Counted from the first letter of the stretch, positions 37,010-46,463 are shown. The stretch: 64,000 nucleotides of DNA from Oscillibacter sp. UBA6647 (GCF_002455655.1 NZ_DKLF01000097.1); one strand, 5' to 3'. Notes: a model not told the origin generated them from the sequence alone. A program made the numbers and translations.

Positions 37010-37894
37010 ATGGCGTCTCAAAAATCCGGGTTGGGACGGGGCCTTGGCGCCCTGTTGGGAGACGATGTGCTGAAAACGGAAACCACCGGCACCTTCTCTC
37101 TGCCGATTTCCCAGGTGGAGAGCTGCTCCACCCAGCCCCGTAAGAGCTTTGACGGGGACGCATTGAACGATTTGGCGGACTCGATCCGCCGCCACGGAAT
37201 TATTCAGCCGCTTACGGTTCGGAAGCTCGCTTCCGGGTACTATCAGATTGTGGCGGGAGAGCGCCGCTGGCGCGCCGCCCGTATGGCGGGCCTTTCAGAG
37301 GTACCGGTTGTAGTGGTGGAGGCCGACGATCGGAAGGCTGCGGAGCTGGCCATGATTGAAAATCTCCAGCGGGAAGACCTGAACGCCATGGAAGAAGCCG
37401 CCGGCTTTCAATCCCTGATTCAGTCCTATCGCATGACGCAGGAGGAAGCAGCCGAAGCTGTTGGCAAGTCCCGCAGCGCCGTGGCGAACGCACTGCGCCT
37501 GCTGACCCTCTCCCCCGCCGTAAAGGCGCTGGTAGAGGACGGAACCTTGTCCGCAGGACACGCCAGAGCCCTTTTGCCCCTCTCCCCCGCTTTACAGGAG
37601 AGCGCGGCCCGGTCTGTGATCTCCGGGGGGCTTTCCGTCCGCCAGACAGAGGCGCTGGTGAAAAAGCTGAGCGCGGAGAAGCAGGAAGACCCGTCCGAAT
37701 CCTCCGACAAGGTGGATTATGCGGCGGAGGCGCAGCGGGAGTTAGCTTCCCGGCTGGGCCGAGGTGTTAAAATCGTATCAGGCCGAAAAAAAGGCCGCGT
37801 GGAGTTGGAATATTACGGAGTGGACGATCTGAATGACTTGTTGGAGGCCTTGACGCTTCTTCAAATCAAGCGCGCCCAGTCCGAACAAATGTGA
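37010..37894 (+). CDS. parB: ParB/Spo0J partition protein
   Basis: GLGRGLGALL, QPRK, VAGERRWRAA, ENLQREDL, GKSRSAVANALRLL, GHARAL. Confidence 0.96.
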   Translation: MASQKSGLGRGLGALLGDDVLKTETTGTFSLPISQVESCSTQPRKSFDGDALNDLADSIRRHGIIQPLTVRKLASGYYQIVAGERRWRAARMAGLSEVPVVVVEADDRKAAELAMIENLQREDLNAMEEAAGFQSLIQSYRMTQEEAAEAVGKSRSAVANALRLLTLSPAVKALVEDGTLSAGHARALLPLSPALQESAARSVISGGLSVRQTEALVKKLSAEKQEDPSESSDKVDYAAEAQRELASRLGRGVKIVSGRKKGRVELEYYGVDDLNDLLEALTLLQIKRAQSEQM

Positions 37895-37907
37895 GGAATA
37901 CCTGAAA

Positions 37908-38444
37908 ATGAAACTGGAAAAGCGCAGCACAGGAGCCGAGGACGAGGCTCCCGCGTCGGAGGTCAGTACCCCGGACGGAAAGAAAAACAAGCCCGTCGTC
38001 GTCTATATTATGGTCCTGTTTATTGTGGCCTTTTTACTCATGGCGCTTTCTTTTCTGACCCATCAGCGCAGCAACGAGGAGGTTATCGGCACTCTGCAAA
38101 GCTCCGTTACCACCTTGCAGGAGCTGCAAAAGAGTCAGGATGAAAACCTGAGGCTTCACTCCCGGCTGGAGGATGCGGAAAAGCAGGTTCGGGATTTGGA
38201 AGCACAGGTAAAGGAACTGGAGGACGCTGGGATGGCGTCCGATGATAAAACAGATGCGCTGCTGTCTTTGTACCTTTTGCAGCAGCAATACGCCGCCAGA
38301 GACTTTGACGGTTGCCGTCAGACGCTTCAATCCATGGAGGACGCGGGGCAGCCCGCCCTCCTCTCTAACGACGACTTGGACAAGATTGTCTCCCCGGCCC
38401 AGCGATACCAGCAATTGAAGGAAGCCGTGATGTCAGTGTGGTAA
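37908..38444 (+). CDS. Hypothetical bitopic membrane protein with coiled coil
   Basis: GAGGA RBS; single TM (VVVYIMVLFIVAFLLMALSFL) then heptad-rich region; fills the parB-serS gap. Confidence 0.75.
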   Translation: MKLEKRSTGAEDEAPASEVSTPDGKKNKPVVVYIMVLFIVAFLLMALSFLTHQRSNEEVIGTLQSSVTTLQELQKSQDENLRLHSRLEDAEKQVRDLEAQVKELEDAGMASDDKTDALLSLYLLQQQYAARDFDGCRQTLQSMEDAGQPALLSNDDLDKIVSPAQRYQQLKEAVMSVW

Positions 38445-38504
38445 ATCCCGGCTTTATTGACCCTATAAAAATTTTACACGGTATGTGGTAAGGAGAAAAC
38501 GAAT

Positions 38505-39812
38505 ATGCTGGATATCAAATTTGTCCGGGAGAATCCCGACGCAGTCAAGGAAAACATCCGCAAAAAGTTTCAGGATGCAAAGCTTCCTCTGGTAGACGAG
38601 GTCATCGAACTGGACGCCAAACGCCGCGCTGCCATCGCGGAAGCAGATCAACTTCGCGCCGACCGGAACCGCCTGAGCAAGCAGGTTGGCATGCTGATGG
38701 GACAAGCCAAGAAGGACCCCTCCAAAATGGAGGAGGCCGAGGGCGTGAAAAAGCAGGTCACAGACAACGCCCATCGGCTGGAAGCGCTGGAAAAACAGGA
38801 AGCACAGTTGGACGAAGAAATTCGCAGCCGGATGATTGTCATTCCGCAGATTATCGACCCCTCCGTCCCTCTTGGCGCGGACGACAGCGCCAACGTAGAG
38901 GTGCAGCGCTTTGGTGAGGCAGCGGTTCCTTCTTTTGAAATTCCCTATCACGTAGATCTGATGGAGCGGTTTGACGGCATTGATCTGGAGGCTGCGGGCC
39001 GTGTCTCCGGTAACGGATTTTATTATCTTCTGGGGGACATTGCCCGGCTTCACGAAGCTGTACTGGCCTACGGCCGGGACTTTATGATTGACAAGGGATT
39101 TACCTATTGCATTCCTCCCTTCATGATTCACGGCAACGTGGTGGAGGGCGTCATGAGCCAGACGGATATGGACGGCATGATGTATAAAATTGAGGGCGAA
39201 GACCTGTACCTCATCGGCACCTCCGAGCATTCCATGATTGGCCGGTATATCGACCAGATTCTGCCCGAGACTTCCCTTCCCCAGACGCTAACCTCTTACT
39301 CCCCCTGCTTCCGCAAGGAGAAAGGGGCGCATGGCATCGAGGAGCGGGGCGTTTATCGCATTCACCAGTTTGAAAAGCAGGAGATGATTGTTGTCTGCAA
39401 GCCCGAGGAATCCAAGGAGTGGTACGAAAAGCTCTGGGCGATGTCCGTGGAGCTGTTCCGGTCGATGGACATTCCCGTGCGGCAGCTTGAATGCTGCTCC
39501 GGCGATCTGGCGGATTTGAAGGTCAAATCCTGCGACATCGAAGCCTGGTCCCCCCGCCAGCAGAAGTATTTCGAGGTCTGCTCCTGCTCTAATCTGGGCG
39601 ACGCACAGGCCCGGCGTCTGCGCATCCGCTACAAGGACGAGGACGGGAAAATGCAGCTTTGCCACACGCTGAACAACACCTGCGTGGCCCCGCCCCGGAT
39701 GCTGATTGCGTTTTTGGAGAATAATTTGCAGGAGGACGGCTCCGTTTTGATTCCCGCCGTGCTGCGTCCCTATATGGGCGGCAAGGAGAAATTGATTCCC
39801 AAGAACGCCTAA
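38505..39812 (+). CDS. serS: Serine--tRNA ligase
   Basis: MLDIKFVRENPD, YLIGTSEH, CFRKEKG, RIHQFEKQE, EVCSCSN, HTLNNT. Confidence 0.97.
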   Translation: MLDIKFVRENPDAVKENIRKKFQDAKLPLVDEVIELDAKRRAAIAEADQLRADRNRLSKQVGMLMGQAKKDPSKMEEAEGVKKQVTDNAHRLEALEKQEAQLDEEIRSRMIVIPQIIDPSVPLGADDSANVEVQRFGEAAVPSFEIPYHVDLMERFDGIDLEAAGRVSGNGFYYLLGDIARLHEAVLAYGRDFMIDKGFTYCIPPFMIHGNVVEGVMSQTDMDGMMYKIEGEDLYLIGTSEHSMIGRYIDQILPETSLPQTLTSYSPCFRKEKGAHGIEERGVYRIHQFEKQEMIVVCKPEESKEWYEKLWAMSVELFRSMDIPVRQLECCSGDLADLKVKSCDIEAWSPRQQKYFEVCSCSNLGDAQARRLRIRYKDEDGKMQLCHTLNNTCVAPPRMLIAFLENNLQEDGSVLIPAVLRPYMGGKEKLIPKNA

Positions 39813-40014
39813 GATTTTGCATTTGATTGCGATTTGTAATAATTTTTTGAATTATTACAAATTGTTAAACCCGTTTAGAGCCTTTCCCGCACCAGCGGCA
39901 CAGGTTTCCCTCTGTTTTCGGCGGGAAATCGGCTCTATTGGGGTCATGCGCTTGAAATCATTGGGCCGCAGCGGCTTGAACGCTGCTGCACTTTAAAAAG
40001 GAGACTTAACTTTC

Positions 40015-40422
40015 ATGACAAAAAAAGCCGGCGGACTCATTGCCGAATTTAAAGAGTTTATTTCCCGCGGCAACGTAGTGGACATGGCCGTGGGCGTGAT
40101 TATCGGCGGCGCGTTCAAAGCCATCGCGGATTCTCTTGTTGGCGACATTCTTATGCCCCTCATCAGCCTGCTCACAAAGAAGGTTTCCTTTGAGGATATG
40201 GTCTGGGTGGTGGGCGGTGGCCAGACAGTCATCCCCTACGGCAATTTCCTTTCTGCCATTCTGAACTTCCTGATTACGGCGCTGGCAATCTTCCTTTTGG
40301 TGAAGGCCATCAACCGCTTCCGGAAAAAGGAAGAGGTTGCACCTCCCAAGCCACCCGCAGCCAGCCCAGAGGCCGCCCTGCTGACAGAGATTCGTGACCT
40401 TTTGAAAGAGCAGAAGAAATGA
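40015..40422 (+). CDS. mscL: Large-conductance mechanosensitive channel
   Basis: EFKEFISRGNVVDMAVGVIIGGAF, YGNFL, LLTEIRDLL. Confidence 0.97.
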   Translation: MTKKAGGLIAEFKEFISRGNVVDMAVGVIIGGAFKAIADSLVGDILMPLISLLTKKVSFEDMVWVVGGGQTVIPYGNFLSAILNFLITALAIFLLVKAINRFRKKEEVAPPKPPAASPEAALLTEIRDLLKEQKK

Positions 40423-41117
40423 TGGAAACCATCCTGCGGGAGGGACTGACGGCGCTGGGGCTGGATCAGTCCTCCGTCCCCTCCCTGCTGCGCTACGCGG
40501 CACTGCTGGAAGAGAAAAACAAGGTCATGAACCTCACCGCCATCAAAGAAGCGGACGAGGTGGCCCGGCTTCACTTTCTGGACAGCGCGGCGCTTTTAAA
40601 CCTGCTGGATTTTCGGAACAAAACCGTGGTGGACGTGGGCACCGGGGCCGGATTTCCCGGCCTTCCCATCCGGCTTTTGGAGCCATCATCCCATGTGACC
40701 TTGCTTGACTCCCTCGGAAAGCGCATTGCTTTTTTGCAAGAGGTCTGCACAGCTTTGGGCCTTTCAGACGTGAAATGTGTCCACGCCCGGGCGGAGGAGT
40801 TTGCCGCCGCACAGCGGGAATCCTTTGACACGGCGGTATCCCGGGCCGTGGCCTCCCTATCCGTGCTTTCGGAGCTGTGCCTTCCTCTGGTAAAAAAGGG
40901 AGGTACATTCCTTGCCATGAAATCCGTGGACAGCGACGAGGAGCTTTCCGCCGCCGAACATGCCATCTCCGTTTTAGGCGGTCGGGTCGCCGGAGTCCGG
41001 GACTATTCAATTCCCGGCACGGACATTGTACACCGGGCGGTACTGGTGGAAAAGATAAAACCCACGCCGAAAGCCTATCCCCGGTCTTTCGCAAAAATCA
41101 AAAAAGACCCCCTTTGA
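40419..41117 (+). CDS. rsmG: 16S rRNA m7G527 methyltransferase
   Basis: NKVMNLTAI, HFLDS, DVGTGAGFPG, LDSLGKR, RAEE, SRAVA. Confidence 0.97.
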   Translation: MMETILREGLTALGLDQSSVPSLLRYAALLEEKNKVMNLTAIKEADEVARLHFLDSAALLNLLDFRNKTVVDVGTGAGFPGLPIRLLEPSSHVTLLDSLGKRIAFLQEVCTALGLSDVKCVHARAEEFAAAQRESFDTAVSRAVASLSVLSELCLPLVKKGGTFLAMKSVDSDEELSAAEHAISVLGGRVAGVRDYSIPGTDIVHRAVLVEKIKPTPKAYPRSFAKIKKDPL

Positions 41118-41234
41118 CAGCCAAAAGCCACTACTGGGGCAGCAAATTGAAAATTTTTTCTGATAACACATTAAATTGTTTTGATTTTGGCGCATTCTTC
41201 CTGTAAAATCAGGATATACAAGAGGTGAGTTCCG

Positions 41235-41978
41235 ATGGGTGAATGTATCGCCGTCGTCTCCGGCAAAGGCGGGACCGGCAAAACCTCCTTTGTGGCGGGG
41301 GTCGGCTCCGCCATGGCGAAGGCCGGGAAACGCGTGCTGTGCATCGACTGCGACGTGGGCCTTCGGAATCTTGATCTGGCACTGGGACTGACGGACAAGG
41401 CCCTAATGGACTTTTCCGACGTGGCACACGGTCGATGTACCCTGTCGGAAGCCGTGGTAAGCCACTCTCGGCTCCCCTCGCTCCACCTGCTCACCGCGCC
41501 GGTGCGCAGCCGGGGCCGCCCCGTGGGCGAAGAACAGTTTCGCGCTTTGGCGGAGCAGGCTCGTGAACGGTATGACTTCTGCCTGATGGATGCCCCGGCG
41601 GGGCTGGAGGGCGGCTTTCGTCTGGCTGTGTGCGGGGCTGACCGCTGCGTGGTGGTCACCACGTCCGACGCCGCGTCCCTGCGGGACGCGCAGCACACGG
41701 TGATGGAACTGTCAGCCTTTCCCCGGGGAAAACTCCATCTGGTGGTCAACCGGGTGCGCAAAAAGCTTCTCAAAAACATGCACGCCACCATCGACGACGC
41801 GATTGACGCCGCCGGACTTCCTTTAATCGGCGTGGTGCCGGAGGACGACCGGCTCCCCCTCGCACTGAACCGGGGCGTTCCTCTGACTTTGACTTACGAC
41901 AGCTCCGCAGCCACCGCCTATCAAAACATTGCCCGGCGTCTCATGGGACAGCGTGTGCCCCTGATGCGCATGAAATAG
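41235..41978 (+). CDS. minD: Septum site-determining ATPase MinD
   Basis: SGKGGTGKT, DCDVGLRNLDL.LG, DAPAG.E.GF, AYQNIARRL. Confidence 0.88.
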   Translation: MGECIAVVSGKGGTGKTSFVAGVGSAMAKAGKRVLCIDCDVGLRNLDLALGLTDKALMDFSDVAHGRCTLSEAVVSHSRLPSLHLLTAPVRSRGRPVGEEQFRALAEQARERYDFCLMDAPAGLEGGFRLAVCGADRCVVVTTSDAASLRDAQHTVMELSAFPRGKLHLVVNRVRKKLLKNMHATIDDAIDAAGLPLIGVVPEDDRLPLALNRGVPLTLTYDSSAATAYQNIARRLMGQRVPLMRMK

Positions 41979-41994
41979 AAAGGAGCCTATTCCG

Positions 41995-42408
41995 ATGAAC
42001 ATTGCAATCATGTCCCATGACAACCGGAAGGACCTCATGGTTCAATTCTGCACGGCCTATGCCGGCATTCTCTCCCGGCATACGATTTTTGCCACCAACA
42101 CCACGGGCCATATGGTGGCCGACGCCACAGGGCTGGACGTGCACTGCTTCCTCTCCTTCGCCCACGGCGGCTGCCAGCAGATTGGCGCCCGTATCGCCTA
42201 TAACGAGATTGATCTGGTTTTGTTTTTTGACGATCCCAACAGCCCCAGCATGGCGGAGGACGTGACCTACATCTCCCGTCTGTGCGACCAGAACAACATT
42301 CCCTACGCCAGCAACATCGCCACGGCGGAGCTGCTGATTCTGGGTCTGGCCCGGGGCGATCTGGACTGGCGGGACATTGTCAATCCCAAAACCCATCCCC
42401 AGGTCTGA
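41995..42408 (+). CDS. mgsA: Methylglyoxal synthase-like protein (catalytic residues degenerate)
   Basis: IAIMSHD..K, ATNTTG, GG.QQIG, FFDDP, RLCD..NIP.A.N.ATAE. Confidence 0.8.
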   Translation: MNIAIMSHDNRKDLMVQFCTAYAGILSRHTIFATNTTGHMVADATGLDVHCFLSFAHGGCQQIGARIAYNEIDLVLFFDDPNSPSMAEDVTYISRLCDQNNIPYASNIATAELLILGLARGDLDWRDIVNPKTHPQV

Positions 42409-42409
42409 G

Positions 42410-42546
42410 AGCGTTCCGGGCAGGCTTTCCTGCCCCACGGACGGAAGCCAACGGGAACGAGGAGAATCTCCCCCTCCCGCATTTGGGTGCGCCGCGAAGC
42501 GTTTTCCGCTCTCGTCCCAAACCCACGGGGCGGGAGCGCCTTTTTA
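42410..42546 (+). promoter_or_regulatory. Degenerate T-box-like antiterminator/terminator before hisS
   Basis: ATTTGGGTGCGCCGCG...CTCGTCCC, then GCTCTCGTCCC/GGGGCGGGAGC hairpin and T-tract. Confidence 0.5.
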
Positions 42547-42591
42547 TCCCTGACGGTTCAATTAAATTACAGGATAAAGGAGTCTTTTGTC

Positions 42592-43947
42592 ATGGCTGTT
42601 TTAAAACCGCGTACACTCTCCGGCTTTATGGAGCTGCTCCCCGCGCCCCAGCAGCAGATGGAGCGCATTATGGAGGTCATCCGCCAATCCTTTTCCCTCT
42701 ACGGGTTTACCCCGCTGGATACCCCCATTATCGAGGCCAGCGAAGTCTTGCTTGCCAAGGGCGGCGGCGAAACGGAAAAGCAGATTTACCGTTTTACCAA
42801 GGGCGACGCGGATTTAAGCCTCCGCTTTGACCTGACGGTCCCCCTTGCCAAGTACGTGGCCATGCATTACAGCGAGCTGAGCTTCCCCTTCCGCCGGTTC
42901 CAGATCGGCAAGGTCTACCGGGGCGAGCGGGCCCAGCGGGGCCGCTTTAGGGAGTTTTATCAGGCGGATATCGACGTGATTGGCGACGGGAAGCTGTCCC
43001 CCATCAACGACGCGGAAATTCCCGCTATTATTTACCGGGTCTTTTCCACCTTGGGGCTGAACCGGTTTCAGATTCGCGTGAACAACCGCAAGATTCTGGG
43101 CGGGTTTTACGCCATGCTGGGCCTTTCCGAGCTTTCCGGCGAGGTGATGCGGACTGTGGACAAGCTGGAAAAAATCGGCCAGACCACAGTGCGGGGAATT
43201 TTGGTGGACGATCTGGGAATCCCTGCGGAAAAAGCAGATGAGATTTTGAAGTTTATCGCCATCTCCGGCGGCAGCAAGGCCATTCTGGCCGCGCTGGAAG
43301 GCTATCGTGGCCGGAATCCGCTGTTTGACGAGGGACTGGACGAGCTTTCCCTTGTCGTAAACTATCTCGATTCTTTCGGCGTCCCCAGTGACAATTTTGT
43401 GGTGGATCTGACCATCGCCCGGGGACTGGACTACTACACCGGCACGGTGTATGAAACCGCGCTGCTGGATCACCCGGAGGTAGGCTCCGTCTGCTCCGGC
43501 GGTCGATATGACAATCTGGCGGAATATTACACGGAAAAGGAGCTTCCGGGCGTGGGCATCTCCATCGGCCTGACCCGCCTGTTCTACGTGCTGGGAGAGC
43601 AGGGAATGCTGAACCCCGACCTGCTCACCGCTCCCACCGACGTGCTGATCCTCCCCATGACGGAGGATTTGGGTCCCGCCATCTCCTTTGCGACGCTTCT
43701 GCGTCAGGACGGTATCCGGGCCCAGCTCCACTGCGAGGATAAAAAGTTTAAGGCGAAAATGTCCTATGCCGACAAGCTGCGCATTCCCTACGTGGTCTTT
43801 TTGGGCGAGGATGAGGTGAACTCCGGCGTGGTCGCCTGCAAGGACATGTTCACCGGCGAGCAGACCAAGCTGGATGCGGCTGCCACCGCCGCCCTCATTA
43901 AGTCTGGCCTTGCGGAGAAGAACAAGGGCTCCGTCATTTTGGGATGA
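42592..43947 (+). CDS. hisS: Histidine--tRNA ligase
   Basis: LRFDLTVP, YRGERAQRGRFREFYQAD, RGLDYYTG, SGGRYD, GISIGLTR. Confidence 0.97.
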   Translation: MAVLKPRTLSGFMELLPAPQQQMERIMEVIRQSFSLYGFTPLDTPIIEASEVLLAKGGGETEKQIYRFTKGDADLSLRFDLTVPLAKYVAMHYSELSFPFRRFQIGKVYRGERAQRGRFREFYQADIDVIGDGKLSPINDAEIPAIIYRVFSTLGLNRFQIRVNNRKILGGFYAMLGLSELSGEVMRTVDKLEKIGQTTVRGILVDDLGIPAEKADEILKFIAISGGSKAILAALEGYRGRNPLFDEGLDELSLVVNYLDSFGVPSDNFVVDLTIARGLDYYTGTVYETALLDHPEVGSVCSGGRYDNLAEYYTEKELPGVGISIGLTRLFYVLGEQGMLNPDLLTAPTDVLILPMTEDLGPAISFATLLRQDGIRAQLHCEDKKFKAKMSYADKLRIPYVVFLGEDEVNSGVVACKDMFTGEQTKLDAAATAALIKSGLAEKNKGSVILG

Positions 43948-44513
43948 TCGCCGGAGAAAAAGCGGGTGCGAAAAAACGCCGCTTGTGGAAAACCCTCCTG
44001 ATTTTCTGTTTTCTGCTTTTGATCGGGAGCGGGCTGTGGTATGCCCGTCCCGTGGGGCTTGAAACCCTTTACCCCGGCATGGAGCCGGATATCTTTGACA
44101 TTTCTATAAGCCGCTCTTACGAGGTCCGGGACTACCAGCCCCGAAACTTACGTATTGCCACCGGGGAGCCCGGCTTTGACGAACTGCTATCCAAGTGGAA
44201 GGCGCTTCGCTTTCGTAGGCCTCTCACCAATCTCGTGCTTCAGGCCATTCCCCCACTGGCAAACGGCCCCTCCGGGCCCAAGCCGCTGGAGGAGGGCATG
44301 GTGCATACCATGGATATCCTCGGTATTGTTCACGCTGACTCAGGGGAATGGAATGCGGCGGGACTGTTTTTCTGGATTGACGAGTGGTCCTACGCAGGCG
44401 AAACCCTGTGGGGCGGAGCTGTCAACCTTCCTCTTAAGCTGTCCCACGGTGGAGAGATCGGACAAATGCTAGGCGAGAGACTATGGGACGCTTCCATGCC
44501 CGTCGATTCCTGA
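43944..44513 (+). CDS. Hypothetical protein with N-terminal TM/signal segment
   Basis: ATGA overlap with the hisS stop; basic N-terminus then hydrophobic stretch; fills the hisS-aspS gap. Confidence 0.65.
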   Translation: MIAGEKAGAKKRRLWKTLLIFCFLLLIGSGLWYARPVGLETLYPGMEPDIFDISISRSYEVRDYQPRNLRIATGEPGFDELLSKWKALRFRRPLTNLVLQAIPPLANGPSGPKPLEEGMVHTMDILGIVHADSGEWNAAGLFFWIDEWSYAGETLWGGAVNLPLKLSHGGEIGQMLGERLWDASMPVDS

Positions 44514-44595
44514 TTGCAATTAATCCGCAAAAAAATACAGTTTGTATTTGGTTTTACCCGTTTTCCATTTCACATATAGAAAGGAAATCACCATC

Positions 44596-46371
44596 ATGAC
44601 ACAATCGAGAACCCATGCCTGCGGAGAGCTGCGGCTTGCCGACGCGGGCAAGTCCGTCACCATCGTGGGATGGCTGGAAAATGTCCGGGAGGTGGGCGCG
44701 GAGCTGGCCTTTGCCGTCATCCGGGATTTTTACGGCACCACGCAGGTGGTGGCCGAGACTTCCGAAGACGTGAAAACCCTCAAGGGCATCAATAAAGAGT
44801 CCACCGTCTCCGTCTCCGGCGTTGTCCGGGAGCGAGCATCTAAAAATGCCAATCTGCCCACCGGCGAGGTGGAGATTGTCCCCTCCTCCATCGAAGTTTT
44901 AGGTCGCTGCCGCCACAACGAGCTGCCCTTCCCCATCAACCGCAGCCGCGAAGCCGACGAAGCCACCCGCCTGAAATACCGGTATCTTGACCTGCGCAAT
45001 CCCGACGTGAAAAAAAACATTCTTCTGCGGTGCAATGTGGTGTCGGCCCTGCGCCAGTCCATGACGGAGCACGGCTTTTTGGAAATCACCACCCCCATTC
45101 TCACCGCCTCCTCCCCCGAAGGGGCCAGAGACTATCTGGTGCCCGCCCGAAACCACCCCGGCAAGTTTTACGCCCTGCCTCAAGCCCCCCAGCAGTTTAA
45201 GCAGCTTTTGATGACCTCCGGCTTTGACCGTTATTTCCAGATCGCCCCCTGCTTCCGGGACGAGGACGCCCGGGCGGACCGCTCTCCCGGCGAGTTTTAT
45301 CAGCTTGACATGGAGATGGCGTTCGCGTCTCAGGAGGATGTGTTTGCCGTTCTGGAGGACGTGCTGCCCCCCATCTTTGCTAAGTTTGGCGCGTATGACC
45401 GGGCCAGCAGCGCACCCTTTACCCGGATTCCCTATGCAAAGGCCATGGAGCAATACGGCTCCGACAAGCCCGACCTGCGGATTGATCTGACGGTGCAGGA
45501 CGCGACAGACGTTCTCTCCGGCTGCGGATTTGAGCCGTTTGCGGGGAACACCGTGAAGGCCGTGGTGGTTTCCGAGTTTAACGAGACACGAAAGTTTATC
45601 GACAAAACTCTTGCCGACGTGGAAATCCAGTCCGGGAACAAGGCCTATTGGTTCCGGCTGGACGAAAACGGCGAGGCAGTGGGCGGCATTGCCAAGTTCG
45701 TGTCCCCGGTAAAGGACGCGGTAGTAAGCGCCTTGGGTCTGAAGGCGGGAGATTTCGTGGCCCTGTCCGCAGGCGCGCTTTCCGCCGCCCAGAAAACGGC
45801 CGGTGTGCTGGTGAAGACGCTGGGTGCGGCGGTTCCCGGTCACATGGACAAGGAACAGTATTCCTTCTGCTGGATTGTGGATTTCCCCATGTACGAAACA
45901 GGCGAAGAATCAGGCGAGCTGGAATTCTGCCACAACCCGTTCTCCATGCCCTCCGGAGGGCTTTCCACCCTGCTCAAGGCAGAGGCCGGAGAAATTGATC
46001 CCCTGAGCATCACCGCCGACCAGTATGATCTGGTGTGCAACGGCGTGGAGCTTTCCTCCGGCGCGGTGAGAAACCACGACCCGGAGATTATGGTAAAGGC
46101 CTTTGAGCTGGTGCGGCTGGGCGAAGAGGACGTGAAGGCCAAATTCCCCGCCATGTACAACGCCTTTACCTATGGCGCACCCCCTCACGCGGGCATTGCC
46201 CCCGGCGTGGACCGGATGGTCATGCTGTTGGCGGGAGAGGACTCCATCCGGGAGATTATCCCCTTCCCCATGAACAAAAACGCGCAGGACGTGATGATGG
46301 ACGCCCCCGGCGTTGTCACCCAAAAGCAGTTGGACGAGCTGCACATTGCTTTAGTGAAGCCGGAGGAATAA
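44596..46371 (+). CDS. aspS: Aspartate--tRNA ligase
   Basis: RTHACGEL, RLKYRYLDLR, PEGARDYLVP, LPQAPQQFKQ, CFRDEDAR, YGAPPHAGIAPGVDR. Confidence 0.97.
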   Translation: MTQSRTHACGELRLADAGKSVTIVGWLENVREVGAELAFAVIRDFYGTTQVVAETSEDVKTLKGINKESTVSVSGVVRERASKNANLPTGEVEIVPSSIEVLGRCRHNELPFPINRSREADEATRLKYRYLDLRNPDVKKNILLRCNVVSALRQSMTEHGFLEITTPILTASSPEGARDYLVPARNHPGKFYALPQAPQQFKQLLMTSGFDRYFQIAPCFRDEDARADRSPGEFYQLDMEMAFASQEDVFAVLEDVLPPIFAKFGAYDRASSAPFTRIPYAKAMEQYGSDKPDLRIDLTVQDATDVLSGCGFEPFAGNTVKAVVVSEFNETRKFIDKTLADVEIQSGNKAYWFRLDENGEAVGGIAKFVSPVKDAVVSALGLKAGDFVALSAGALSAAQKTAGVLVKTLGAAVPGHMDKEQYSFCWIVDFPMYETGEESGELEFCHNPFSMPSGGLSTLLKAEAGEIDPLSITADQYDLVCNGVELSSGAVRNHDPEIMVKAFELVRLGEEDVKAKFPAMYNAFTYGAPPHAGIAPGVDRMVMLLAGEDSIREIIPFPMNKNAQDVMMDAPGVVTQKQLDELHIALVKPEE

Positions 46372-46463
46372 ATTTTCGGCGCGATTTCCGCGCCCGCGGG
46401 TGAGATGGGTGCATCTCCCTTCGGGAAGGGGCGCGCTTGCGGGATTACCGCAAAGGAGGATTT

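Noticed and set aside
38445..38504. T-box before serS
   Set aside because: The gap is only 60 nt and contains no T-box motif
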